Positions 43,951 through 57,718 of a DNA stretch of 64,000 nt are shown piece after piece (the stretch's first letter is position 1; each line of letters opens with the position of its first letter). Location: the NCBI RefSeq assembly GCF_009914755.1, contig NC_060928.1. One strand, given 5' to 3'. This DNA is from the human T2T-CHM13v2.0 reference genome, Homo sapiens. The notes beneath the pieces are model-generated. The model did not search any database and was not told the DNA's origin. It saw only the letters and a list, made by a program, of their open reading frames with translations. A program made the position numbers and the translations under genes.

Positions 43951-46587
43951 CTAGCATTAACTGAGTGGCATGCATTCCACCTAAGCTAGTTCAATGAAAA
44001 TCAGTGCTGGGATTTTTATTGATACCCTCTCTGGGAGGTGATGGGGAGTTCTCTCTTTCAGATTGCATTGTTAAATCAGCAGAATCACATCTTAGATTTT
44101 CTAAAGCTGGTCAGTGCTACTAGAGAACAATAGGCTACCTGAGAATGAAACTACCACAGAGAGAAGCAGGGAAGATAATCAGGTTCCTAACAACATTGTT
44201 TGAGCCCCTGATTTGAGCCATGTTTTGAATTTCCAGCTTTGCCTTCGGATTTCTTTAGATAAATTAGCCATTAGGGTTCATCATTATCTTAAACATTAAC
44301 CATCTTCCTAGGCGATCATGTTTACTCAAAGATTAAAGTAGAAAGTTCTGAAATTTGTGCTCCTTAGAGCTTCTTTAATACATATATACAGTCTCACATT
44401 TTCATATAAGCCCAACTCATTTTTTAAATGAAAAGCTCAAAGACTAAAAAATTTGCACATACAGTGAAAAACAAAAAATATGGCACTTTTTTTTCACGTT
44501 TAGAGGATCTGGATATTAACATTGCGGTTAGTAACCCACATGGTTATGCTGTTTATAAAGTATGCTTTCTAGATGCATCCATGAGTCCTTTACAGAAAGG
44601 CTTTTTCGAACATTAGTTTGTAACCTTCTAAATCAGTAGCAATTTTTAATTTTTGATTACATAAAACCACTGGTTCCCATAAATCAGTTTTACCATATTC
44701 CAGACTTGTGTAAATAACAAATATTTTTCCTACTTTGCGTATTAAATACATAGCAAAAAGAGTTCCAGCGTTCTGCAATGTCTCCAGATAACAAATAAAC
44801 TGAAAATTCTGTTTTTCTAGAACATCCTTCTTAACTTACTTGAAACAAGAAATTTGGTTTATAATCTTATACAGAGTATTTACGATGAGAAAAATTCAGA
44901 AAAACTTGAAATCATGAGGCATGTTGAAAAAAAGTAATTGCCCGTTACTGCACTGAACTTGAAAATGAAGCATTTAAGGCGGGCTTTTAACCACACTTGG
45001 TGAACCAGTAGTGGCAAGCAACAGCAGATTTATAAATTTTTAAAAAATAGTGAGATAATTGATTAAAGATCAGTTTATTGCTTTGAAGCAAATGACCCAA
45101 AATCTTGATGTTTCTTTAGTGAGAATATCCCAAGAAATAAATTCATAAAAATCATCAGTCTCACTGTGCTTTTAAAAACTACCAGCCACATTGGAAAGAA
45201 AATCATGTCCATTTTGCAACTTCAAAAAAGAGAAATAACTAGGTAGAATGGAGAATCCAATTAGAGGACCAAACTGAAAATGGCTTAAAGCCTCCTTCAA
45301 TGTCAATGTCAGAATCACCTTGGATAGCAAAGTGGATCTAACTGGAGAATACTTTATGAGACCCCCACCTTTATCATACGACCACAAGCTGAAACCAAGC
45401 TGAAAAACGTGACTTTATAAAACTCTCATTTGAATATTAAATGAATAATTGGAAGATTGAGTTTAATCTAAATTTGTTTAACCTTAAAATTGAATGGGAG
45501 CCAATAATTTAGTTATTGCCTTTTATGTAGTTTTTAAATTTGCCTTTTTTATAAGGATGGTGTCTGATGACCTAGATTTGTTAACCATTTTATGTAAAAC
45601 AACTGAAGACATTTTAGAGCAGACAAGTGAGTTTTTGGCATACTTGGAATTGATTGAAGAAATGATACAGTATTTAGACATTTAGGTAAAATTTATGGCA
45701 CAAAGGTTTCTGATGGGATAGCCCACATCAAAGCTATTGTGTGTTGTAATTGGACTCTAAGCCCCACTTCAAAGATTTTGCTTGATAATTTTCTCAACGT
45801 GTCTAATGGATTGGCATAAATGTTAAAATTAAAATAAGCAAATCAAAAATTACAGTAGTTCGAATGTTCTATTTTAGAGAAATCTGTAATAAAATAAGAA
45901 TAAATTAAGATGTAATAAAATCAGATTTTGAAAATTTGTACTTATATGCTGGTATAGAAGAGCATAGGAGGTACTCATCAGTCTTCAAATCAAAAATTGA
46001 ATAATTATTTTCTATATGAACAACAATAATTAAAAATAGCAGCATCACAACAAAAAATTTAAACAATAAAACTACAAAATGACAGTAAATCCATGGCTTA
46101 TTTTAAAATTGTGCTTAAAAGTTGGCTAAAACAAGCAATATGTTTAAGACAATGCTCAGTGAACTAATGTGAATACTTTTGTAAATGATGAATTTAACTG
46201 TGTGTACTTTTGGCCATTCATTTTAGGATTACTTCTACCAATGATATACTAGTAATCACATTACTTAAATTACAAATTCTAGTAATTTTTGTATTTCTTA
46301 GCCAATTCATGAGAAAATTGTAAGCAATTCTCATCAGATATTTTAGGGTTACTTTATAATGAAACCCCTCATTAGTCCTAAACTCTTTAAATTCATTTAT
46401 ATTTAAATCACCTCTATGTTGCCATCTCTCCTTGAAAAACTGCCTGCATTCCTGGACTTTTCTTAATTAAATTCTATAGATCCAGTTTATAAATTTCAAA
46501 TTCCATGATATATATATATAAAGATACGTGTGTGTGTGTGTATATATATATCTCTCTCATAAAATGTGTATACACACACTTACACAC

Positions 46588-46884
46588 TTTTTTATTTTTT
46601 AAGAGACAGGATCTTGCTCTGTTACCCAGTCTGGAGTGCAGTGGCATGATCATCATTCACTGCAGCCTTGACCTCTTGGGTTCAAGCAATTTTCCTGCCT
46701 CAACCTCCCATGTAGCTGGGACCACAGGCTTGTGTCACCAAGCCTGGTAACTTTTTAGATTTTCTGTAGGCATGGGGTCTCCCTATGTTGCCCACACTGG
46801 TCTTGAACTTCTGGGCTCATGTGATTCTCCCACCTTGGCCTCATAAAATACTGGGATTAGAGGTGTGAGCTACCACCCCCAGCC
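46588..46884 (-). mobile_element. AluJ, preceded by (TA)n/(TG)n/(CA)n low complexity at 46507-46587
   Basis: Alu body with J diagnostics. Confidence 0.92.
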
Positions 46885-48699
46885 ACATGACATATGTTAA
46901 ATTCCACTTGCCTTCACTATGTGTAGCAAGAATAAAACTGTTCACTGAATTCTAAGTATCAGTTGTTCTACAAATGAATGTGGCCTTGAAATAAAGGAAT
47001 GACGAGCCTATGCAGAAATCTCCATACTCTGGATACCTTTCTTGGTGTGTTGACTGCCATGCTCTTTCATGCCGCCTCATATCAATGGCTCTAAATATTT
47101 AATGTGAAAAGTAATCATGTACAGTTGGTGTTTAATAAAATAAAAATTTCCAGGCTTTAACAGAAATAAAGAAAATCAGAATTCCAGTAAGCAGTGCCTA
47201 GGAGTCTATATTTTCAAAAATAATATATATATTTGCTATCCCAATTAGTCATAGGCACGCCCTGTTGAAGATCTTTGAAGGTAGAAATGAAAAGCAAACA
47301 AAATAACCATTTTCTTCGCAAAGAGACTATTACTCCTAACTCTGCCATTTTAAAACTTTATGCTTTCAAAAGATGGGGAAAAATCTGAAATATTGAGCAC
47401 CAGAGATTTTCTAACAGATTGCTTTCAAAACATCCTATTCAAAGTATGTGGATAGACTGTTGATGTAAAATTTAGCCATAAAAATTTTTTGGCTTCAAAC
47501 TTACGTAGGAAATTTGTTATAGCTTGTTGAAGAGCAGCGTGAATAAAACAGGAAGCACAAAAAATTATTCCAGCTAAAGTTATGTGTCATGGCTTTTCCT
47601 GTGTGTCATCCATGTAAAGTTCTTTATATGCGAATTTTTATTAATGAGAGACTGCCACACAAAAATGAGAGTCATTCTTACCAAAATGTATGAGAAAGAA
47701 AAAGTTCCCTGTGAGGATATGTCTGAAAATGCTCTGAAATGTCAATTAATGCCAACTCCTCTTTCTGTGCTGGCACTAGTAAAGTGCTATCCTTTCTTTC
47801 TCTTCAGCATACTCATTTTGATAATTTGCTGTTCACTGCCTATTATGTGATTCTAACAGCATCTTTTCAAAATTACAGATGGCTATTCAAATATCAGCTC
47901 TATTGAAAACCTTGGAGTACAAAATGAGACAGCTTGAACCTCAACCATATCACTTCAGCAGGAATGTTCATTTAACACTAACACAACTCTGTCACAACAA
48001 AACGATGTATTACAGATTTCCTGTATTTTTTTTTTTTTTAGTTAGCAGAGCAATAGAAGCTGATGCCATCATTGGGATTCATAACATAATTGTGTAAAGT
48101 TCTTTTTCTATGGCTTTTGATATCATCATAGTTATAACATTTTCCTGCATACATTTTAACCTGGAAAACTATTTGAGTGTCAGAAGTTGCTACTACGTGA
48201 CTGAACTCAAAAGACAGAAATCTCTAAGTGTCAAAAAGAGAATGATTTCTGGAGTCATAGAGCTGAAGTTGAAGCATCATGTGGAGAAAGGAATTGTGGT
48301 TGGGATTGTATTAGATAGATGCCTCAGGGCATGGTTAGCCTTAAGATGCCTTAGGATTGTTATGATCTCATGAGAAGATGAAGCCCTGAGCTAGGAAATT
48401 TCTATTCTATTTATGATCAAAGACTAGAAAATCTGCACCAGACAGTCAAGATTTCAATAAATGTGAAAAAATTACACAGGCTGTGGGTAGAAACAGAGTC
48501 AACTCCAAAAAATCAGAACTTGAATATATACCAAGAAGAAGCAGGGGCCTGAAATCACATTACTCATATGGCATAGTAAAATAAAAGAAGTGTGTATGGC
48601 AGTGTAAAATACAGTGTAAAAGTAGTGTGTATGGCAGTGTAAAATAAAAGAAAGATTCAGAACTAGTGGCCCTCACTGCACCTAAGCAGAGTTATACAT

Positions 48700-49520
48700 A
48701 GACAGTCTTATGGAGAAGTTCTATAGCAAATGGTATGTGATGACCTTCCAGAGAACAAATTCCAACTTAAGATGACCTCATGAATAAAAATTATAAAACA
48801 CACAGATAATTTCAGAGGAGAGGGTGTCCATAGACCCAACTAGTGTGGAATTCATACCAAAGTAATTAGAGAAATTATGATCTAACTGGCCTTTTGAAAA
48901 GTGGAGCTTAAAATGTTCAGAGACAAGAAAGGAAACACCCCAGAAGATAAGAGCATTATATGGATAAAATAGACAAGTAAAAATCCTACAGTTAAAAATA
49001 CAGTCTTCAGTATTTAAAAACATATCTTGTAAGTAGAATAAGTACTACAGTAGGCACAGCTGAAGAGAAGATTAGAAATATGGAAGATGATCTGAAGAAA
49101 TCAGCTAGAATGCATCACAAAGTAAAGAGATGTAAAGCATGAAAATTTCAGAAAAAAAAAAAAAGCCCAACATGAGTTCCAGAAGGAAAGGCTAGGTTAG
49201 AGGAAATATCTAAGAGATAATGGCTGAGAACTTTCAGAATGAAAGCAGGATATAAATCTTTAAATTGAAGTTGTATTCATAGTCTTAAAACTTAGTTTAA
49301 AAAACATAGTTTAAAAACTTCAAAGCCATACACACAAAAAGAAATATTACTAAAAAAGAAAACTAGTTAATTATAATGGCAGTAGATTTCTCATCAGTGA
49401 AAGTAGATGCCATAACACAATGGAATAAAGTGTTCAAAATACTCAGGGGAAATCTCTGTTAACATAGAATTCTACCACCTTTGATAGTAAAAACAAAAAA
49501 ATAGACATTCAGCCACAGCC
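48700..49520 (+). mobile_element. Old L1M (L1ME-like) ORF1 fragment
   Basis: acagctgaagagaagattag...gagataatggctgagaactttc...gatttctcatcag; approximate. Confidence 0.55.
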
Positions 49521-49819
49521 ACAAAGGATCTTGGTATTTCTAACAAGTAAACTCAAACCACTTATGTATAATTGAAGCTACAAAAATTCAACCATGGTCT
49601 ATACAACAAGTTAATTTCACATTTTTTTCAAGGACAGACAAAGTTTAAATGCAAAGTTTTCTAGGACAAATATTTTAACAGATATAGTTTTTTAAACAAA
49701 CATTTTGTGACTCAGGATTATAAATCAACCAAATTTATAAATTATTTTATTCTTCTTAGCAAACATATGGAAAGAGAAACTCAACTTTATGATGATAATA
49801 TAAAAAACAAACAAAGACT

Positions 49820-50612
49820 TACCACAATGGTTCATGCTTATAACTTCACCTCTTTAGGAGGCTGACGTGTGAGGGTCACTTGAAACCAGGAATTTCAGAC
49901 CAGCTGGGCAACAAAGGGAGACCTCATCTCTAAAAAAAATTGTTTTAAATAAATTAGCTGAGTGTGGTGGCACACGCCTGTGGTCCCAGCTACTCGGGAG
50001 GGTGAGGTTGGGGATGGCTTGAGCCCAGGAGGTCGAGGCTACAGTGAGCTGTTATTGCACCACTACATTCCAGCCTGGTGATGAAACAGGAATTAAAAGA
50101 AATTAAAGAACGTGTAAGCGAAAACTCAGTTGTATGTAAAAAAACCCAATTCCCCCTGAGAAAGAAAAAGAGGTGGAGTCCTTTAAAAATTAACGCCTGT
50201 TTTTCTGTCTGTGGCTTGTGAGTCTTATCTCTCTCTTTCCCAGGCATTGCGAAGATCCTGTTTCTCTAACTGTGCAGTTGCAAGGTTACTAGGCAGATAA
50301 ACTCAAGTCGTAAAACATGTTTTTCCTTGAAAAGTTAGAAATAATGTAATGAGTGTCTCAATTGAATAACGGTCTTTGTTTCTCACTTCTGTAATATGCT
50401 TCCCCCTGCAAAGATCTCCCGCTGCCCCATGAAATGCTTAAAAGGTAACCTCACTCTTTGTTCGGGGCTCAGTCTTTTTGGATGCTAATCTGACTAGGCC
50501 AGTGCACCTAAATAATAAATAATATATATCCTCTCCGGCCCCTCAGTCTCTCTGATTCCTAAATTATCCCACTGCAGTGACACAGTGAGATCCTAAGAAA
50601 ACAAACAATAAA
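49820..50612 (+). mobile_element. AluJ interrupted by an LTR (49820-50081 and 50581-50612)
   Basis: Alu reads ...ccagcctggtga [LTR] gtga cacagtgagatcct + A-rich tail. Confidence 0.88.
50082..50576 (+). mobile_element. ERV1 solo LTR (LTR15-like), 495 bp
   Basis: TG...CA termini, 4-bp TSD gtga (50078-81, 50577-80), cttaaaa TATA-like box and aataaa. Confidence 0.85.
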
Positions 50613-50866
50613 TTTAATGTAATTTTGTAGTAATTCACCGGTTAATGTTTGCTTACTTTCTTTTTTCTATATAATCTATGTTATAATCAGAGGTTTACCT
50701 TTCCAAAGACTAATGGTAGTTGTCTTCTAATTTTTTTCAAGTTTCCCCATTAAACTCATCCTTAGGGCTTGTAAACTCCTATTGTCCTTCCCAGCAAAGT
50801 CTAAGTTGAAGAACGTAGAGCTTATAATATTCTGTATCTACAAAAGACTAAGAGTTTAATATCTCT

Positions 50867-51245
50867 TGTATTGGTTCATTCTCACACTGGTGTAAAGAAT
50901 TACCTGAAACTGGGTAACTTATAAAAAGAGATTTAATCAACTCACAGTTCCACAGGCTGTACAAGAGGCATGCCTGGGGAGGCCTCAGGAAAGTTACAAT
51001 CATGGTGGAAGGGTGAAGGGGAAGCAAGCATGTCTTTACATGGTGGCATGAGAGAGACAGAGAAGTGGGAGTGCCACACACTTTTAAACCACCAGATCCC
51101 ACGAGAATTCACTCACTATCATGAGAACAGCAAGGGGGACATGCACCCCCATGATCCAATTACCTGCCACCAGGTCCTTCCCCCAACATTGAGAACTGCA
51201 ATTCAACATGAGATTTGGGTAGGGAGACAGAGACAAACCATATCA
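50867..51245 (-). mobile_element. MSTA MaLR solo LTR
   Basis: tgtattggttcattctcacact...caaaccatatca; 5-bp TSD (t/c)ctct. Confidence 0.88.
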
Positions 51246-53140
51246 CCTCTAAACGATACTGAAGACTGCCAGTGAATGTATTTCAGCAAGATGAAACAAG
51301 AACCCAGGAGAAAAAAATACCATGCAAGTATCAGTGATGAGCAAGGAAGTCAGAGATATGTGTTTGTCAATTGAGTAGAAATTAAAATTAATTTGTGACA
51401 ACATTTACAAATTAACAATGTGAAACTTAAACACCAGACAACAATAATAAAGGAAGATTGGAGGGAAAATTTAGAAAGGAGTTCCGGTGTGCTAAATTCT
51501 TGTCTTGTTCAAATAAAGAACAAAGATATTGACTAAAAAGAGACCATGTTACAAAATTATAAAAACTAAGAATGACTGTAAAAGATATAGTTAACTATTA
51601 ATATCATTAAATATTTATGTCTTAAGGAGAAGTACTATGTATCACTTTTAAAATAGGAGAGAAACTAAAAGCAGGGACTCCAGTGCTACAAAGCTTGGGT
51701 TTCTTGGTGCCACCATTTACAATACATGAACCTTGGGAAAGCTATGTAAGCTCTCTTCACCTCAGTTTCTTCATTCATAAAATGGGGATAATAGTAGAAC
51801 TAACTCATAAAATTGTTATAAGGATTAGCTAATAGGTGATTTAATATACTAGTTACATATGGAGTTATGACTTCAATATATGGAAAGCACATTGAACAGA
51901 GCATAGTAAGAAAAAAATACTATATAAGTTTAGGTATTTTATCTATATTATCTAATTTCATATGTTAAAAAGAACTGGAAGCAAATATTAAAAATTTACA
52001 ATTTACAAGGTGGGTATATAAATTTTGAGTAGATAAATCTTTGGACTGTTCTACGTTTTTAAAATTTATCCAAAAAAAAAAAAAAGGCAGGAGTAAAGAA
52101 AGAAAGGGAGGGAGAGAGAAAGCTGGGAGGAAAAAGGGGAAGAAAAACTTCAGGTGACTACCCAGCAAAGAGCAAAAGACGGGAGATATTTCTGTTATTG
52201 TGACCCAAAAGTTGTTAAGGCCTATAAAATGCAGATTACACTTGGATTAAATAGAAACATATTAACATAACCAAGTACTGTAATGATTTTAAGGAGAATG
52301 TTGAAAAATGGAGGACGCTCACCTAGAAATACCCAAGTATAGCTGCCTGTCTCTTAAAACTGTCATGAAAAATATTGATCATAAAATTGAAACCTTTATG
52401 AGAATGATTTCTTATATCTGTGCTGCAAGGTTACATAATGAACAAAGACAGGTAAAACTCATCTCAGAATGGAGTAAAATTAGCTGCATCTTCTGTTTCA
52501 AGTAAGATTGAATATTTTCCTTTGTTTTTTGGACATTTGTCATTCTAGTTTAGTAAAATGTCGGTTCATCTTCACAGCTTATTTATCTATTAGGTTGAAT
52601 GATTTTTTAATTTAGATATAAAAAATTTAAAACACTTCAAATATTAACCCTTTAACATTTGTGTTGCAAATGCTTATTCCAAGTCATTTCCCCATTTTTA
52701 TTTAGTCTATATTTCTCTTTGAAATACATAATTTTAAAAGTGATATTTTCACATAGAAAGATCTTTACCACAAGTTATTTTTGCTTTAGAAGTTTTTCCA
52801 TTCACACACAAAAAAGTTGACTTATTTTATTTTTTAAAGATTCTGTGTATAGCAAGATGAAAATTTTAGTTCTTTTTAAATTTATCATGACTCATTTGTC
52901 ACGTATCTATTTATTATATATAGTAAGGCAAAAAATGTATACTATATATATTTACTTTGTATTCATATTTACAAGATCAAGTCCTATTTTATTGCTCACT
53001 CTTCCTCTTTTAGAACCAGTCCAATACATATATTTAATAAGTACAGCTATATAAAATGCTTGGAGTTCAGGTAAAGTTAGAATATTATTATCAAGCTTAA
53101 TTTTCAAAATTGTATGCCTGTTAAGCTTCTGAGAAAACAG

Positions 53141-53429
53141 AGCCGGGCACAGTGGCTTACATCCATAATCCCAGCACTTTGGGAGGCTGAGGCAGGTAGA
53201 TCACTTGAACCTAGGAGTTTGAGACGAGCCTGGTCAACATGGCAAGAGCTCATCTCTACTAAAAATATGAAAATTAGCCAGGTGTGGTGGTGCATATCTG
53301 CAATCCTGGCTACTTGAGAGGCTGAGGCACAACAATCACTTGAATCCGGAAGTTGGAGGTTGCAGTGGGCTGAGATCTTGTCACTGCACTCCAACCTGGG
53401 TGACAGAGTGAGACTGTCTCAAAAAGGAA
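53141..53429 (+). mobile_element. AluJ
   Basis: Full dimer; TSD aaaacag. Confidence 0.93.
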
Positions 53430-53601
53430 AAAACAGTTCCCTTGTAATAGATCGTATATGAACATGATATAAAGGATAATAAAAAGGGTATTCAGATAAT
53501 GGTAGTACTTCCTTCCATTATTGTTTCCTAACCACTAGTTATACTTTTCAGAGATAAAAATTATTTTGTATCACTTCACATATTTTCTAAGCATAAACTA
53601 G

Positions 53602-54584
53602 TGACACAGGATTCTGTTGTTCAGCATGCAGAGGGAATGGCACCCAAGCAGCTTCTTTTCTTCCCTGTGGCTCCACCAGCAGGAGGGAGCGGTTACTGTG
53701 TTACAGGAGTTTTTTGGGGGTACTTAGCCAGCCGGAAATCTCATAGCCAGTGGCGTCTCTGCCCCAGCTTCGCTCATGACCACAGGGTTTGCTCTGCCCA
53801 CTCAACCCAGTGGGCTACACTCAGCTCGCGCTACCAGCCCAGAACCTGCTCCCGCTGCAGCTCTGCACTCAGCTTGCTATTGGTCCAGGCATGTCGCAAC
53901 TGGCTTCCACCTTGGGCACTGGTGTCTGGATGAGGGGGATGTAGTGGTGCCCAAAAACTAGGAGTGGCAAGCAACTGCGGAGCTCCAAGTGGTGTTATGG
54001 CTCTCACCCAAGGAGTCCTGAGGTCTGAGCCACCAAGAGATGTTACAGCTCCCTCGCGTTCCTGCCGCCTGCAACATGGCAAACGGGGGCGTGTTACAGA
54101 TCATTCGTTTTACAGTTCATTTGTGTTATATCTCGTTTGTTCCCGCTGCCCACAGGGCGAGTTCTGGGTTTTTGTCCTGCAACCAAGAGGAATTAGGTAC
54201 GCAGACAGTGGAGAGTAAGCAGCGTGGAGAAGAATTTTATTGAGCAACAGAAGGAAAGCTGTCAGTGGAGAGGGGACCCAAGGGAGGGAAGTCATCTGCG
54301 TGAGAGGGGGCCCAGAAAGTGAGTAATCCAATGTATGGCTCAGTTCAGGGTTTTCAATGGCTCAGAAGAGGAGAGTGCATTCTGACTGGTCCATGGGGAG
54401 GCGTGGAAAAAGCACCATTTGACTGGCTAAAATGCGCTGAGGGTATTCTCACTCTGGTCTTGGACGCTATCCAGAACTGTCTGCTGGGTTTTCAGGCTTC
54501 AGGCTGTCTTTGGCTTGAAGGTCGGCTTTCACCGGGGACCTGTCCCTATCTGCCTAGGAATCTGTCTGCCTCCTTTTGCTATCA
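53602..54584 (-). mobile_element. ERV1 3' LTR (LTR28/LTR1/MER52 group), about 980 bp
   Basis: Minus strand begins TGATAGCAAAAGGAGGCAGACAGATTCCTAGGCAG right after PPT agaggagggat (54585-54595); ends CA at 53602. Confidence 0.8.
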
Positions 54585-55800
54585 ATCCCTCCTCTGAAGA
54601 GGTACATCTAACTGCTGTTAGGATACAAACAGTAACCGCTCTTAACTGCTTCATGCTAACAGGGTGCACTGTTTTGGGAAAACGGCAGTCAGATCTCTCA
54701 GAGGCCTATCAAAGTGTTTCCCGGGTAATGGGACCAGGAAATGGGACCCATTGCCCGTGGCTCCATTTGCATGACCATTTGGAGTTTGATGGTCTCTAGG
54801 TGAGAATAAACAAATTTTACAAGGAGGTTAAATATGCGTGGACCAAATATGTGTAGTATACAAAGAGGAGCTAAAAGGAAAATCTCTATTGCCAACGATA
54901 ACAGAAATAAGAAGTAAAATAGACTAATCATTCTGAAAACAATGTTGTGGCCACAGATATTTCACCCCAGTGAAGGAAATTAAATCTTGTATGGGGGAAG
55001 GCAATTAAACTTTAGAAGAGAGATAGCTGTTTAGGAGAGTAGATAATCCCAGGGACATTCAGTAATAAGGAGTCTTGGCAAAGATGCCTTATGGTGAGGA
55101 ACAGAACAAAGGCGAGTACAGCAAGCATAGGTGAGATTATAAAGAGGATATCCATTGAAGGTTAATTATTGACACTTAAGTTTTGTTTCTTCACACTGTT
55201 GCTTTGGGTGCTCTTCTGGGTCAACAGAGGTAATTTCATCAGTTTCCCAGACTTTACTCGAGTATAATTAATCCAAGAATCTATTCCAGTGAACTTTACT
55301 GATGTAGGAGTAGAAAGAATTACAGTTGAAGGCCCCTCCCAATCTAGGCCACAGAGAGAGAAAAGGAAAGAAGAGCCTTTACCAGTACTAGGTCTCCTGG
55401 GTTGAATAGAGGTGGTTCTACTTCACGGGATTGGTCCTCCGACAGTTGTTTCAGTTCCTATTGGAAATGGGCCAAAGAAGTTACATGTCTAATCAAATCA
55501 GGGGTTTGTTGGTTTAGCAAGAAACCACTGGTGAGAAAAGGCCATCTATACATCGTTTTGAAGGAACTTAAACCCAGCTTTGAAAGCTGTTTCTAACACA
55601 TACTAGTGCCATGGAAAGAAGAGTAATCCAGGGGGAGATGAATCTCTTTAGACAGTTTTCTGAGGTGCCTTTTGATAATATCATTTGTCTTTTCTACGAT
55701 TCCTGAGCATTGTGGTCTCCAAGCACAATGAAAATGATATTGCATGCCTAGTGCCTTTGAGACCTCCTAGGTGACAGCTGCTTTGAACAAGGGGCTGTCA
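54585..55800 (-). pseudogene. ERV1 internal remnant: integrase core plus env C-terminal fragment
   Basis: Minus strand gives DSPLFKAAVT*EVSKALGMQYHFHCAWRPQCSGIVEKTNDIIKRHLRKL (integrase) and IFGPRIFNLLVKFVYSHLETIKLQMVMQMEP (gammaretroviral env tail); stops and frameshifts present. Confidence 0.88.
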
Positions 55801-56029
55801 TACCATACTGGAAACATTAGTTTTGGGCTTTTTTAACCTAATATTATGTATTTGTAGATTTTTCAGTGCCAGTGTATTCAAGGCTGTGTCATTTATTCCA
55901 GAGTTGTAGAGTACTGCCTTGTTTGATGCACCATGTTGATTAACCAGTATTTAGTTTATGGATATTAACATTGCCTCAAGTCTCCTGTCAGAACAAATAA
56001 GACAATTCCTACTATTCTTACTATTACAA

Positions 56030-56800
56030 TCAGAAAGATATTTCAGTAAGATGGCTGAAAAAAATTTATATATACAATTTAATGGCATTCCTATATAGAA
56101 TCAATAACCAATTAGAATATAAAATGGAAAACAGTAATCACAGAATGATTTTTAATATCTTTCAATAAATTTAATAAGAAATGTGTAAGAGCCCTATGAA
56201 CAAAATGTTAAAATGCTATTATGGGAGATAAAAGAGCATTTGAATCTATTGGAAAATATACCCACTCTTGCATAGAAACACTCAGCATCATGATAATGTA
56301 AATTCTCTCTAAGGAAAGCCTTGAGATTTTATACAACATTAACAAAACAACACCTGGTCAATTTGTGAAACAGACTGGCTGCATCAATAAAGCAAAACAG
56401 AATCAAAAGATAAGAAGCAATAGAGTAGAGTCTTAACACTAAGATAACATTACAGATCAGTGCATAAGAACATAGATCATTCCATAAATGATGTTGAGAA
56501 ATTGAGATAGACATATAAAAAATAAGCTGCTTACTTACTCTTTGCACTAAAACAAATTTTAGATGAATCAAGTATTTAAACATAAAAATGAAGCTATGAA
56601 AGTACTAGAGAAGGCAAGGGAATTTTTTTTATAATATTTAAGTGAAAGCCTTCTTGAGTGTGGACAAGGAAACAGAAATTGTAAAATAAAAGACAAATAA
56701 ATTCAACCACACAACACGTTAGAGGTGTCAAAAAAGTATCATAAGAAAATCAAAGTCCAAACAAAATACTGGCAAGACATCCCTAAAGCAAAGGACCAAT
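56030..56800 (+). mobile_element. Old L1M ORF2 fragment
   Basis: Degenerate ORF2-like sequence (aataaatttaataagaaatgtgtaaga...cattccataaatgatgttg); approximate. Confidence 0.55.
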
Positions 56801-56957
56801 TTTCTTTATATAAATGATGCTTTACTTCTGTTTAATGGTGTAGCCCTCGGGTTGATAAAGAAATGGAAACATTATCACATTTTAAATATAAGAAGCAATA
56901 CATCTTTGAGTCAGCAACCTTGGTTCTAGGAACTTATCCTTATAAAATATGCTTTCA

Positions 56958-57275
<318 letters not shown>

Positions 57276-57322
57276 AGGAATAATAGTCTTACTTTCCTCC
57301 TAAGGGGTTGTAAAGATCAAAT

Positions 57323-57718
57323 CTATATTAGGTTGTTTGAGCTGCCATAACAAAATACTACAGATTAGGCGGCTTGAAAAACAAAAGGTTATTTTCTCAG
57401 CTTTGCAGACTAGAGGGCTAAGATCAAGGTGTCAGACAGTTTGGTTTCTCCTGAGGCTTCTCTTTCTGGCTTGTGGACAGCCGCCTTCTAGCTCTGTTCT
57501 TTCCTCTGAGTGTTCTAATGTTTCTGGTATCTCTTTGTAGGCCCAAATTTCTTTTTCTTATGACACCATTCAGATTGGATTCTGGCCTACCCTAACCACC
57601 TCCTTTAAACTTAATCACTTTTTTGAAGACTTTATCTCAAAATACAATCACATTCTGAGCTACTAAGCGCTAGGACTTTAACATATGAATTTTGGAGAAA
57701 CACCATTTAGCTTATAAG
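57323..57718 (-). mobile_element. MLT1A/B MaLR solo LTR
   Basis: gctgccataacaaaatac...aagatcaaggtgtcag...acatatgaattttgg. Confidence 0.8.

Noticed and set aside
44400-45900. Possible ancient transposase or coding remnant
   Set aside because: Frames I translated gave no recognisable motif; would need a Dfam/BLASTX search
54698-54931. Syncytin-like env gene
   Set aside because: Only a degenerate env C-terminal fragment; SU and most of TM are deleted
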